Source: Eledone cirrhosa
Taxonomy: Eukaryota
Assembly (NCBI GenBank): GCA_964016885.1
Contig: OZ024745.1
Coordinates: 61,752,001 to 61,816,000, forward strand
Reading direction: 5' to 3'
Length of the DNA: 64,000 bases
Numbering within the stretch: position 1 is the first letter of the stretch; the number at the start of each line of letters is the position of its first letter. This document shows, in pieces, positions 45,189-59,300 of the stretch. Made by a program: the position numbers and the translations under genes. Under the pieces are notes generated by a model. That model was not told the DNA's origin, searched no databases, and was given only the letters and a program-made list of their open reading frames with translations.

Positions 45189-46056
45189 ATGATCTTTGGT
45201 CTTTCACACTCACTAAATATATATATGCGTGTATATGTGCGTGTATATGTGTGTGTGTGTATGTTTGCATGCATGAATACACTAAGCTTTAGATATATAT
45301 ATATATTATTTGTTTGTTAAAATAATCAAATTAAATTAATTCAACAGTTAAACACACATAGGAATAATAAGGTTGACAAGTCGACCCTAAATATGACTAA
45401 TAGTTCTAGGAAAGCCATGAACGACACATCTTTTTAACTTTGACTTTGAAAGTAGGTTTATAATTATTAATCTTCATTGCACTTCTGTAGCTGTTTCGGT
45501 GGCCTATTTGGAAAAATCATAAACGGTGGTGATTCTGATCTGAAGTTCGATCCTGGTCGGGAGTAGAGTTCCTGGTAAACCTTTTCAATTTTTTTCTATG
45601 AGATGTAAAATGAAAACGATTACATGCACCTCTCGACAAGATTGTACCCAAGTCTAGGATCTCCACCGTCTCTCGTACCTATCACTAGTCCACTGAAACA
45701 TGTACTGAAACATCTACTGAAAATTCATACTTACAAACCTACTTTCATACTTATAAACCTATTTTCAAAATTTTGAATAGAGAATGACGTGTCTTTCTTA
45801 ACGTTATTGCTCCTACTTAAGGTCGACTTCTAAGTTATTTGGGTGTTCTATAAATTTACGTTCTCGTTTTGTTTCTCATCTATCTAGACTATATTTTAAC
45901 CTGTGATCAATGTTTCATTTCTGTTGCACCTCATTTTCCCCCTACCCCTTTCTCTTTCTTTCTGCGATATATATGATTTGGGTTTACCTTATTCATATAT
46001 ATGTTTGTGCATGTCAGTTACAGTGATTGGCATTATATATATATATATATACACAC

Positions 46057-46350
46057 AATGGTGGACTGGGTAAAAAAATATTGGTTGCCAGGAGATGAAG
46101 GGGGCAATTAAGTTTCCTTGGTTTATTTATTTTTAAAAATATTTTATTCTTTCTCTTAGACTTCGGTATTTTTTGAAAGCAAAGCATTGGCCCCTAAAAT
46201 ACTACATTGGACTCTGCAATGCTACTGTGGGTTCCTGAAATGCTAACGTGGGCCCCTGGGACCCACTTGTCATTGAACAACCTAGCAACCTGGCCACCCC
46301 CCACATAAACTAGAGGCAAAGAAACATCCCTATGATTTAATCCACCATAC
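46057..46350. mobile_element. Possible hAT-like MITE; related left end at 44804-44860
   Basis: CA(A/G)TGG(T/C)GGACTGGGT..GGAGATGAAGGGGGC is shared. AATCCACCAT at ~46339 is an imperfect inverted end. Confidence 0.4.
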
Positions 46351-46430
46351 AAACAAACTTTGCTGACCACCATAGGAACTCCTGACTTTATCATACAGCA
46401 TGTATTCATTATTCCATTAACATTACAAAG

Positions 46431-46515
46431 GGTGTGACGAGCCGCGGATTACAGGGTCAGGTCAGATCGATACAGATCGAATCTTCAGCTGTTCAGAGGC
46501 GAAACGCGCGTCACC
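46431..46515 (+). ncRNA. Type I hammerhead-like fold, C3G variant
   Basis: GGT GTGACGA GCC..GGC GAAA CGCGCG TC ACC, then AATAAA at 46520 and (TA)n about 45 nt later. Confidence 0.68.
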
Positions 46516-46565
46516 AACCAATAAACGCAATGAAGGAGTAACCAATCGTCCTTGTTATCTTATTT

Positions 46566-46567
<2 letters not shown>

Positions 46568-46606
<39 letters not shown>

Positions 46607-46645
46607 GTAGATATGTATATATATATATATATATATATAATGTAG

Positions 46646-46690
<45 letters not shown>

Positions 46691-46694
46691 GTAG

Positions 46695-46755
<61 letters not shown>

Positions 46756-46797
46756 GTAGATATGTATGTATATATATATATATATATATAATGTAGC

Positions 46798-46848
<51 letters not shown>
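46568..46848. repeat. Compound repeat [AATGTAGATATG(TA)n] x5
   Basis: Direct reading. Confidence 0.9.
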
Positions 46849-46849
<1 letters not shown>

Positions 46850-47385
46850 GTGATTGGAGTATTAGACTCACAATGGTGAGATTAAGAGTTTATTTCCCAG
46901 TGTCGTTGTGTGTGAAATTCGAATCATGTTTGAGGTGCAAAACCCATATAGCATTCGGAATATTATATACCCTATGGCAGTGATGTGTTGTTCCAGTTTG
47001 GATAATGCCTTTTCTATAGATTTAAGGCTGTTTTCTAATTTACTCTTATGAGTTGAGGCATACGGCGGACCATGTGATTACATGCACCTCTTCGACAGGA
47101 TTGAACTCAAGACTGTATATACAATTGTTCCAAGTGATTTGATATGCACTGACAGCGAGTCGCAAACGAAGTTTAAGTGTAACAGCGAGACCATGGGTAT
47201 GGTCTTTTCGAATGTATGTTGCAAATCTACACTGATTGCTTTATTTTCTGTCTGTTAGAAATGTGATATCCCGATTTTGTAGTCCATATCAATTGTCTGG
47301 GTTTACAGTTATTTTCTGCGTTTGAAATTTTTGTACATGTTCTAAAAATCTAAATCCAATCAACGGTCCGATGGTTTATTTACAA

Positions 47386-47572
47386 GGTGGATTGGCAGTA
47401 TTGGTAGAGAGTCGGACGCCATGCTTTGACGCATAGAGTTACGGCCCTTGCTATTCTGAGTTCAAATCCCGCCGAGGTTAACTTTGCCTTTCATCCTTAC
47501 GGCGTCGATAAAATAAAGTACCAGTAATACACTGGGTAATTGCTGGCCTTGTGCCTAACGTAGAAACAGTTA
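47386..47572 (+). mobile_element. SINE, full length
   Basis: Consensus match. Confidence 0.92.
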
Positions 47573-47904
47573 TTACATTAACCTCAATGCTTACAGAGTG
47601 TTAAGCCGGAATTTGCGAGGTACAGAGTTCGATCCTGTGTAACGACTGCGGAAAAATTTTCTCCGTCTATGGGGTGATTTTTTACCAATTTTCTAAGATA
47701 TTATTTATAGAAATCGATTACAGTTATTTCCTGCCTTTGGAATTTTCTGCCTAAGAATGCCCCCCCCCCCACCCACATTTATATATATATATACATATAT
47801 ATAAGTTTATCTCGGTTTCAATCGGGGGCTAACCACAGTAAGTAAGGTACACAATACATAAAAAAAAAAAATATATATATACATACACACACACACACAC
47901 ACAT

Positions 47905-47954
<50 letters not shown>

Positions 47955-48082
47955 CAAGGAGGAAACAACAAACAGAGGTCCAAAAAGTCTTATTAGTTTC
48001 ATGATTTATATAGAAAAGGGAAAGAAAGCTCGATGTGTCAGGCAGGTCTAAGCCCTTCTTCAGAGAAATAGAAGTAAAGGAT

Positions 48083-48113
<31 letters not shown>

Positions 48114-48122
48114 CACACACAC

Positions 48123-48154
<32 letters not shown>

Positions 48155-48321
48155 ATATGCAAGGCGATATATTAAAATATATAGCGGCACTCCGTCGATT
48201 ACGTTGACGAATGTTCTAATTGAAACGATATGCAACGTAAAATAAAGTACCTTGCTCACCGGGAATCGAACGCGCGACCTTGAGACGAATACCCTAAGTA
48301 CGACGCGACGCGTCTTCACTC

Positions 48322-48366
<45 letters not shown>

Positions 48367-50982
48367 CGTACACACACACATATATACATATATATACACA
48401 CACACATATATATACATATTTATATATACACATATATATATATACACATATGTATATATTATATATATATGTATATATTCAAGCACTTTCATGTTAATCA
48501 TAATTATATGTAGATCATTTGTTTTTATATTTCACTCTCTCTTCATGCAGATTCCACTCGATACCGGAAAATTCACACATATTTAATATTTTTCATTTTT
48601 CTCGTATTTAGGAATTTCATACTTTTAGAACCCATTTTGTTCGTATTTTTTTTTTCTAATGTTTGATTCATTGTTTTCTCTTTCACTGCCTCCTTGTTTT
48701 GGTGGCTTGTATATTTCTTTTTGTCATTCTTTCTCATAATTTTAGTTATTGCTTTGAAGTTTTCTTTTCTGTTGCTTTCATTTCCACTTAGCGTTTTAAA
48801 ATGGCTCTCAAGGTTCATTTCGCTGAAAGTTTTATATTCTGTTTTCTGTATTCTTCAACACACATTCAAAAGTAAACTTAACGCGTTGGTCATAGAAAGC
48901 ATAGATGCTTATATATAATTTTTTAAACCTTCATCTTCTTATGTGTGTTTGCTCATGTGAATATGTATGTCTAATTTTTCTCTTGTTTTGATAATATTTT
49001 CTCGAATCAATGTTTCCCTGACTCTCGGGATATATATAAATATAAAAGTTGACTGACAACATGTCTAGTTGAAAAATGTTTCATATTTAGGAAACATATT
49101 TATAGTAATTGCCAATGATAAATGTCCAATTTGATTTCAGAGAAAACTTGATATGAAATATTTTTTTTTACTCTCAAAACGTTACCCCAAGTTTATAAAA
49201 AAATCAGATAAGCAATAATATATAAATGAACACCAACTAAAATAATCCACAAAATAAACCAAAAGAAATAAATTTAATTAAAAAATTCATTTTTTCACAA
49301 AGTTGGTGCGAGTTTGAATCCAAGCCAATAGCAATCGGTGATTTACTAGCTTCTAGTTTGTTTTTGAGACTGCTGCTATGATCGCATTTCAGAAACAACT
49401 TAATCAAGTTAGTAGACATCACAAATCCCAGAAGCAATAACAACAACGACAACGAGAATAATAACGAAATTGACAGTAAAAAATAAACAACAAATATAAT
49501 TTTCATCACTTTTTTTGTAAACGGGGAAAAGGCCCCCAAACATTTGGTATATCAATTGATCGTCTAATAAATAATATAATGAAAAGATGATATTCCTTAT
49601 ATGCCTTATATGATTCATTTGATTCATATAAGCTATATTTAAAATTTCTATTTCTCGTATGTATGCACAGACACATACACAAACATACAGATGCACACAC
49701 ACACACAAACATATATACATATACAACTAGACACTCTTACATTACAAATTAATTTTCAAAAATATACTAAATTAGATTTCCTTACTACATTCTCAAAATC
49801 ACCCACATTTGTTTATTCCACCATAAATATTCTCCTCCAATGAAGAATCAAACAGGAAAGAGAAAAATATGTAGAGTTTACAGAACAATTGTTTTAAAAA
49901 TAATCGTACGACAGATTATTTTTAAAATTTAGTAAAAATAGAGATGTGAATTCACATTGAAAATAAGAAAAATTACTCTCCTGTCTATTTCTTTTAATTT
50001 ATAATATTCACTTTGGTTGAAATTTCGATTATTCTTCCCCTTGAATTTCTTCTTTCCCTTTCATATTTATTGCAATGTATGTACTTACTTCACTTTCATT
50101 AAATCTGTTATTTAAAAAATCTTATTTGCTCTAATCACATATTAACAAACGTAGTAAATATTAATAAACCCAGATGTAATTATTCTTTTATTTTCCAACT
50201 TCAGATCCATTAATAGAAGGAATAAACTATAGACATTCCATGGAATGGTTAATAACAGCCAGGAAAGAGGATCAACAGATAGAAAACCGAGTATGAACTT
50301 AGACAATTGTGTCAAAATTGAAAACGTAGATCCCAACCCTACGATAGGGAATGTCCGACATTTCTTTGTTGAACAATGTAGCTACAACTAAATAAATAGA
50401 ATTCGAATGACATCATTTGAAAATATACATAGCTGACAAGAAGCAATTATTAACAATGAAGTAACTGATATAAAGAGATAGGGTTTAGTTCCTGTATAAC
50501 TAATAAAGGACTCCGACTCTAGGTTGTTTGTCGAGTCACTGATCACGCATCAAAACCCCTTTCGCCTGGCTATTCCACCCATCCCCAAACTATACTTTCA
50601 TACGTTTCATGACCGCATACTCATCAACAAAGTGCTTCCAAGACCAACAAAAAATAGTCCCTCATCGTTGAAGTGCTTTGCTTCAAACTTCAAGCATGGC
50701 ATACAAGAGTATATGAAATTAACGTACACCACTATGCACAATTTCGATTTCTGATTAATCTTTATAGATGAGAAGAGAGTGATAGATTGGCAGAATAAAA
50801 TGCTTTTGCGGTATTTGGTCTGGGTTCTTTACATTCTAATTTCAAATTTCACCAGAGACAACTTCACCTTTTATCTCTATAGAATAAAGTAGCAGTCAAG
50901 TATTGGGGGTGGTTTTATCGACTTAGCCAAAAATTAGAAATCAACTTCCGCCAAAATTAGAAATCATTATTTATTTGGATTG

Positions 50983-51371
50983 CCAAGGGTGGTGCATTGG
51001 CAGTATCGGTAGAGGGTCGGATACCATGCTTTGACGCATAGAGTTACGGCCCTTGCCATTCTGAGTTCAAATCCCGCCGAGGTTAACTTTGCCTTTCATC
51101 CTTACGGGGTCGATAAAATAAAGTACCAGTAATGCACTGGGATAATTGCTGGCCTTGTGCCAAAAGTAGAAACAATTATTTATTTGGATTGGCAGTATCG
51201 GTAGAGGGTCGGACGCTATGCTTTGCAGCAAAGAGTTACGGCCCTTTATGGTTTGAGTTCAAATCCCGCCGAGGTTAACTTTGCCTTTCATCGTTACGGG
51301 GTCGATAAAATAAAGTACCAGTAATACACTGAGATAATTGCTGGCCTTGTGCCAAAAGTAGAAACAATTAT
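50983..51371 (+). mobile_element. Two tandem SINEs (50991-51180, 51186-51371); older diverged copy at ~50785-50930
   Basis: Consensus matches. Confidence 0.92.
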
Positions 51372-51930
51372 TTATAGATGAGAAGATAAGCTTATTAATT
51401 ATACACCATGGCACAGGAAAAGCTCATTCATTGGCAATGTAGTCGCTTAATTTGTTGACTAATTAATTTGATTATTTATTTACTTATATATTTATGCACA
51501 ACGTATATTAAATGAACTAAAAAAAATTAATTTTGTTATGCATCAAATATTTTTTGAGATAAAAGATTATTTTGTGAAATGTAATCAATTGTAAGCACAT
51601 TTTTATAGATATTCATGGCTTATAATTTTATAATGTGTTTGTATACATGCATTAAAAAAATCAAGATAAGCGAACACAGGCTATGTTGCGCTTAAAGTAA
51701 TTAAGTAATTAACAACGTTATCAAATGAATGTATAGTTATGTAAATGAGACTGTTTAGAAATAAATGTTTATATTCTATCAAATTACTCCAAATAGAAAT
51801 GACAGTATCCTAATATTTGTCTAGTCACAAATATTAACAGAATGTGTTTGTAGTTTTTTAACGTTTAATAGCGAAGCCTATAATTTAAAGATAGGAGGCG
51901 TACTACATAAAAAAAAATCAGGTTACCAGA

Positions 51931-52007
<77 letters not shown>

Positions 52008-52103
52008 GTTTGTATATGTATAATAAAGCCAAAACAATGCAGGTATAGACATAGAATAAAGAATGCAAATGCAAAAGATATTTATTTAGATTTATTTAAA
52101 TGT

Positions 52104-52138
52104 CCTTAATTTTCGAGATAATATCTCTTCTTCGGAGG
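52104..52138 (-). ncRNA. Minimal hammerhead-like fold, U4C variant
   Basis: Minus strand: CCT CCGAAGA a GAGAT-att-ATCTC GAAA AT TA AGG, followed by two AATAAA. Confidence 0.5.
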
Positions 52139-52218
52139 GAAGTAAAGCAGTTAAACCAGTGTTCTAAATAGCTTGCCAATCCTCCTATATATATATATAC
52201 TTGTGTATATATGTAGGC

Positions 52219-52365
<147 letters not shown>

Positions 52366-53789
52366 ATGTATAGTTAGGATATTGGTTGTAGATAATGTTG
52401 AAATACGTTTTTGGTTTCAGTGTTTCTGTTGATCCAAGTGTTGTAGGCTGATATTGTGCTAATAGCTATGACAAATGGCGTGTTTCATTTATGGTACTTA
52501 TATAAATGATGCGTTTTGTATCATATTTGATGTCTTTGGGTGATGGTGAATTGAGTTTTAGTTGGAAATGATGGGTTTTTTTTTAAAGTGTGGATTTATG
52601 AGCCATAGAGGGAGGTATGTTATTTCGATTATTCACAATAGCAGTTCTTGTGGCTGGTGCTACCGATAATAACTCATCTTTTATAGTTTTCCATTAAGCA
52701 ATTTAATTGGATTTAGTTTTCATTATTGCTAATAGTAAGAGGAATAATGACAGGCAGCCGATTCCATCGGCTGTTTATTTAAAAACGAAATACATTTAGG
52801 AAGTATAAATTTTGACCAAGAAATCCAGAAATAGGCCGAGATCATTAATTTTGATTTTAAACAGTAGCAAGAAGAACAAAATACGGATGGAATGAAGATT
52901 AAGTTCTAAACAAACCTCACTGATAAAGTATTTTTTGCTCTGGCTTTCAATGTTTTGTAAATTAGAGTTCAATATGTCACATTCCATGAAACTCATTAAA
53001 ATCTGTCTAAATTATAGAGAAATTCATAATAGGATTTTGATTATAAGAGTCTTAGTTCGCCAAATGGATAGGGTGTCCGAGGGAAAGCTGAAATTTTGAA
53101 ATCACGCTAGTACGTCACCAAGTATTCATTAGATCAAATGAAAAGAGCTGCAGCTTGATATTATTTTAGTTGAGCCCAAGGTCAGCCCTGATAGTGCAGA
53201 TCTATGATGAGATGTCATTCAAGAAATGACCATTCCTAATATTTTCAAAAATAAGGTGTCTCGGACGGCATTATCCAATGTGCTATGGCATATGCTCGTA
53301 GATGAGTTTTAGTTGCTGTTTGTATCCTATTGAATTACAACATGGATGCTCTCTCATTGGCACGAAATAGGTGAGAAGATTACAACTGTAATCATCCTTA
53401 ATACTGTGTCTAAATTTGCTTTCTGTTTAATTATAATGCTCTAATGAATTGAAATCCAATCAAGTCTTATAATCGGATTCGTTCTCCAGGGCGTCCTATA
53501 TAATCATGCTACTATACGAAGACAGGTACATCAGTTATGATACTGATCACTATTAGTCATTAGACTCACTTCTACCACCATAGATTCTACTGCAACATTT
53601 GGTTTATACGGTGTCTATGTCTAATTAATCTATATTGAAGCACAAAGTGAATTATTTTTCAGAACGCTCCATATATTTTAAACATGACTTCTCAGTATAA
53701 ATGCGAAACTGATGCGTCTATATCGCACAGATATGATGAATTTCCTTAAATTTAGAGATCCTTGACCGAGCTTTATAGGGAAAAATACC

Positions 53790-53790
53790 A

Positions 53791-53860
<70 letters not shown>

Positions 53861-54068
53861 ATAATAATAATAATAATAATAATTGTTTCTACTTTAGGCA
53901 CAAGGCCAGCAATTACCCAGTGCATTACTGGTACTTTATTTTATCGACCCTGTAAGGATGAAAGGCAAAGTCAACCTCGGCGGGATTTGAACTCAGATCG
54001 TAAAGGGACGTAACTATGCTGGAAAGCATGGTGTCCGACCCTCTACCGATACTGCCAATCCACCGCCA

Positions 54069-54145
<77 letters not shown>

Positions 54146-54522
54146 ATAATAATAATAATAATGATAATAATAATAATTGTTTCTACTTTTGGCACAAGGC
54201 CAGCAATTATCCAGTACATTACTGGTACTTTATTTTATCGACCCTGTAAAGATGAAAGGCAAAGTTAAGTTCAACGGGATTTGAACTCAGACCGTAAAGG
54301 GACGTAACTATGTTGGAAAGCATGGCGTCCGACCCTCTACCGATAATAATAATAGTAATAATAATAATAATAATAATAATTTTTTCTTATATAGGCACAT
54401 GGTCAGCAATTTTTGGGGAGGAGAAAGTCGATTAAATCGACCCCAGTGCGTGACTGGTATTTTATTTTATCGACCCCGTAGGGATGAAAAGCAAAGTTAA
54501 CCTCGGCGGGATTTGAACTCAG
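53790..54522 (-). mobile_element. Three SINEs (53880-54066, 54174-54345, 54385-54522) separated by (CTA)n(ATA)n tracts
   Basis: Consensus matches. The third is a different subfamily and is interrupted at its B-box by a LINE 3' end. Confidence 0.9.
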
Positions 54523-56310
54523 ATATTTCTTTATTGGCCACAAGGGCTAATTTGAAGAAAAACATTACAGACGGCACAGAACGGTACAGGACGATACAAA
54601 GTGGGTTTCGGCCGTGTAAAAATGATTATAACAAGAAGATAGACATATCAAAAAAATTCAAACAACAAAAATTCCCCAATAGTGGGGAAACTTCCGATGG
54701 TCGCTCGTGGCGAAAACCACACAAAAGACCACGGCCACCCTAACCATCAGGGCAAGCGCACTCTCTCACTTTTCCACTCCTCAGTCTACAGGCGCATACT
54801 CAGAGCGGGACCGTTCACTCGGACCAGACTCACCACTTTCACCCACCTTTCAACAAACTTACTAGAAGACAGCACTTGTCTCTCCACCCTGATTTTCCTC
54901 TACAAGTGAAATTTGAAAAAGTTAATCAGGGATTCGCCGAAGAGGAAAGTGTCCGTCTTCAATCTTTTCAACCTTGTCCACCATACAATCTCTTTCGCCA
55001 TGGCTACCAGGAAGATGAAAACTGCCTGCCCTTCCTCCTCCTTAAAGGAGGACGGCGGGGCTATCTGCAAATGAACTCAGTCGATAACCGGATCCGTCCT
55101 TCACGTGACAGCAAATGTTCGACATAGCTCCACAAGTCAGTAATGCTAGGACACTGAACGAGTGCGTGCACAACGGTTTCGTCGCTCTGTGCGCATCTCG
55201 ACAGGTCTGGCTGACGTCACTTCCGTGCCTGTAGAGCTTATCTCGAACCGGCAACGCTCCCCGGTAGCACTGCCAGGCCAGGGATTTCTGGATGTTGTCC
55301 ATAGGCCCCGGGCTGAAAGTTCTCTTGAAGAGAGCGAACAGCTGATCGTCTTCGACGCCCAGGGTCTCCCCGGGAACGTCGTCACTCTTCCCCTCCACTA
55401 GTCCGCTATAGAAGGCCGAGGTGGATGTTCCACCGATACTAGTGCCCAGCTGGTAGAAGGCTGTGAGCGCGTGGAGACATTCCAGCTTCCAAGCGCTATC
55501 CCTCCGTCTTTTCATGATCCAGAACTGCAGATCCGTTAATGAGACGAGCTGGGGAAAAACACGTCTGGCAATTCGGTGACTACACCTGTTCACCGCCAAA
55601 GAAGCACCAGAGATGTCGCAGCCTCAGCACGTATTTGCGCATCGTCAGCCACGGCCTGCCCACCCCTCCACACAACGGGTGTTGACAACAGATGGATCGT
55701 CTGACCATAAAAAGCGGAAGAGGAGGCGCTCCATTTTTGTCAGAATTGGGCCGGGACAAGGCAACACGGTTAGGATGTAGCAGATGACGGATGCGATGAT
55801 CACATTCGCCACCTTTTCCCGACCTTTCAGAGACAGCTTCCTCTCGGCCCATTTCTGGGCGAGAGAGGCCACCCTGTTCGTCACCTCGCTCCAGTTTTTC
55901 TCCATCTGGAGGTCCGGACCGAACCAGACTCCGAGCAATTTAACTGGTCCTTCTATCCAACGCTCCACGACTCTGTCGGGCGTCATGGACTTGCCTCTCC
56001 AGGTGCTGTGCTGCAATACCACCGACTTTTCCTGGTTTAACTTTGCTCCTGTCACTGCTTCATATTCCTTGAGAGCGGTGCCGTGCATCTGGACATGTCC
56101 GGCGCTTGACATCACCATGGTGACGTCATCGGCGTAAGCCAATACGGATCTCCAACATCCTAGTTCGCGTGGGACGGCTCTCATCACCTCCAATTTGTGC
56201 AGTAACGGCTCTAGGGCCAATACGTACAAGAGTGACGAGAGAGGACCACCCTGACGCACCGAGCGCATGATGCTGAACGGCTGTGACAGATGACCGTTCA
56301 CCTTCACAAC
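54523..56310 (-). mobile_element. 5'-truncated, decayed L1/Tx1-type LINE of a related family
   Basis: SVRQGGPLSSLLYVLALEPLL, YADD, GPVKLLGVWFGPDLQ and PGPMDNIQKSLAWQCYRGALP. The 3' end reads AATAAAGAAATATCT, like the plus-strand copies. Confidence 0.92.
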
Positions 56311-56353
56311 TGAGAATATATCTCAGAAACAATAATGAAAGAAAATAAAAATG

Positions 56354-56390
<37 letters not shown>

Positions 56391-56392
<2 letters not shown>

Positions 56393-59300
56393 CCCCGTGA
56401 CCAAGAAATACCGGGATGGCGGCGGGCGGGGAATAGCCGTGGCTCTAGGGGAGGACGACCCCTCTAGTCTTGGTTGACACTCGTCCTAGAAGTGGTAACA
56501 CGAAATAATTACCCCTTGGCGGTTAAGGATAAAACGCAACAAAATAAAGTAAATGTCAAATGATAAAATCTCATACCGGATCGGCCGTCACCCGGGTCAA
56601 AAAGGTCCACGTCCCTCAGAGAGGAACCAGACTGGAGTCGAAAAATCAGCTAATGGTTCAAAACTTCCTATCACTTCGGAGCTGGAGACCTCTCATAACC
56701 GGAATACTCCCACTGTTGGCCCTCCATGCTCACCACCAAGAAATCCAAAGAAAAAGAGAGAAAAATGGTCAAGGGAAGACAATAAAGAAGTCCTTGAGGC
56801 TTTCTACACTGCCATGTAATACCCATCAATAGATCGAATACAGAACAGACATATATCAACTGGAAAAAGAAACATCCCTAAAACAGAGGCTATATTGACA
56901 GTAACAAACTAGCCAATATACGAAGAAATATTGTTAAAAAAAAAGTTACTAACTGATATAGAAATTGATCAGATCAAGCAATTAGCACAAAGTCAGCGAA
57001 GGGAAAATGAAACATGTGTCAGTGAAAACGAGGTAAATTGTAACACTTCGAATCCCAGGGTTGGGGCGGAATCACTGACAGCAGAACAAATTAAAGAAGG
57101 GATCGAAAAAGTGGAGGGAGTGCATGCTCAAAATGAAACTGAAAATGAAAACAATGAGATTGTAAATGATAAAGAAATGAATGAGAATGAACTTGCCAAC
57201 TTGAAGGATGAAATTATGATCGAATGGATGAAAATGAAAGAATCTGACATGGGGTAACGAGACACTCTCCCTAAGATCCAGAACTCCAAACAGAACCAAA
57301 AGATAATACACAAGACTAACATAATTCTCAAAAACATTATCATCACAAACAAACTAAACATTACTGATCTAAATTATCTCTATTATGCATCGGCTAAAGT
57401 CACCACTCACTTATGTGGAGTGAAAATGAAAAAAACAAAGGAATTCACACAAGAAACCTAATTGGCAAGAGAACATCAATCGCCAAATAAACCTTCTCCG
57501 ATCTGACATAGACATTTTAAGAAACTAAAAAGTAGGTGAACATGTTAAACAAACTAAACTTAGAAAATTGAAAAGAAAATACAGTATAAAATCAAAAAGT
57601 GGTATAGACATGCTGATAGAAATAATCAAGCAAAAAGTGTCGGCCAAAGCTGCTCGTATAAGGCGCTTTGAAAAACGATCTAGATTCTATAAGGACAATA
57701 ATATGTTCAAAAACAACCAAAGAAACATCTACAGAAAAATTGGCAAGTCAACAATAACTGCTAAATACCACCCAAGGAGGAAGTGCAAGAATTCTGGGAA
57801 AAGATCTGGGCCGAAGAAAAAGTTCATAATATACATGCCCCATGGATAGACAGACAAATGAAAGATACAGCTCACCTTGAGGAACAAACATGGGAAAATA
57901 TAACAGTTGAACAGTTGCGTTTGGCTCTTAGAAAAACCAGCAAATGGAAATCCCCAGGAAAAGACAAAATACCAAATTTTGGGATAAATGCCTTCACAGA
58001 GTCTCATGAGCTGTTAGCCCAACTTTACAATGAAATAATTAAGGAGCCAGAAAAGATACCATCATGGCTAGTTAACGGCATTACATTCCTACTTCCGAAG
58101 AATGATGAGACAAACAATCCAAAAAATTCCAGACCGATAACTTGCTTGACCACAATGTATAAAAATTTAACATCACTCCTAACTGAATATACATATAACC
58201 ACCTGATAACAAATGATCTATTTCCCAATGAGCAGAAAGGGTGTAAATGAGGCTCATATGGCTGTAAAGATCAGCTTTTGGTTATCAAAATGATACTGGA
58301 AGATTGTCATAATAGAAACACAAATCTATCAATTGCTTGGATAGATTATAAAAAAAGCATTTGGATTGAAAAATGTTTAGAGATTTTCAAAATATCTCCC
58401 GTTGTCAGGAGGTTCCTGTCATTCAGTATGAAGACATGGAAAACGACACCCCTTTTGAATAGTGAAAAGAAATCACTGGACGCTGGAGAAGTTAATATTA
58501 ATTGTGGAATTTTTCAGGGAGACTCTTTATCACCGCTTTTATTCTGCATCGAACTTATACCATTAAGTAAAATGCTCAATGAAACAAAACATGGATATAA
58601 AGTCTATGACAAAACCATTAATCACTTGTTCTACATGGATGACCTGAAACTATTTGCAAAAAATGATGAACAATTGCAAGGGCTATTATCCCCTGTGAAT
58701 CAGTTCAGTGATGACATTAAAATGGAGTTTAGACTAGATAAATGCGCCAAAGCAACGTTCACCAGAGGAAAGTTGCTGAAAAGTTCAGACATTAATCGGG
58801 GGAATGTGATAAGAGAACTTGATCAAGAGCAAACTTACAAATATCTAGGTGTTTGTGAAGGAGACGGAATCAAGCACTCGACAATGAGGGAAAGGATAAA
58901 GAAGGAATATTACCGCAGAGTAAGAGCAATCTTAAAAACGGAATTGAATGCAAAGAATAGGATCGATGCCATAAACACGCTTGCCATGCCAGTAGTAACC
59001 TACCATTACAATGTCATCAAGTGGTCAAGCACAGCGATTCGTAGGCTCGATACAAAAATTAGAAAATTCGTAACCATGCACAGAATGCATCACTCTAAGG
59101 CAGATACAGATAGAATATATCTCTCTAGGAAAGAAAGAGGACGTGGGTTAATCCAGTTAGATATTGCGTTGAAAACTGCAACAATTGGATTATCTACATA
59201 TCTAAGGGAATCACATGATTGGATGATCAAACTCGTTTTGAAACACGAAAGGATCAAAAGATCATACACCATTACAAAAGATGCACAAAGATACAGTAAT

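Noticed and set aside
45478-45550. Minus-strand GAAACAGCT..GAAGT hammerhead-like remnant
   Set aside because: The core reads CAGATCAG; too degenerate.
47975-48070. Minus-strand CTGAAGA..GAAA upstream of a PLE-type tail
   Set aside because: No UH triplet or helix I pairing found; at most a decayed remnant.
48195-48320. TTGACGA..GAAA motif and adjacent tRNA-like GTTCGATTCCC (minus)
   Set aside because: The motif lacks U16.1. The tRNA-like piece has no full cloverleaf and is probably a decayed SINE head, as at ~21500, ~46870 and ~47620.
52380-53000. Possible decayed PLE coding region upstream of the 52104 motif
   Set aside because: No RT or GIY-YIG motif could be read with confidence.
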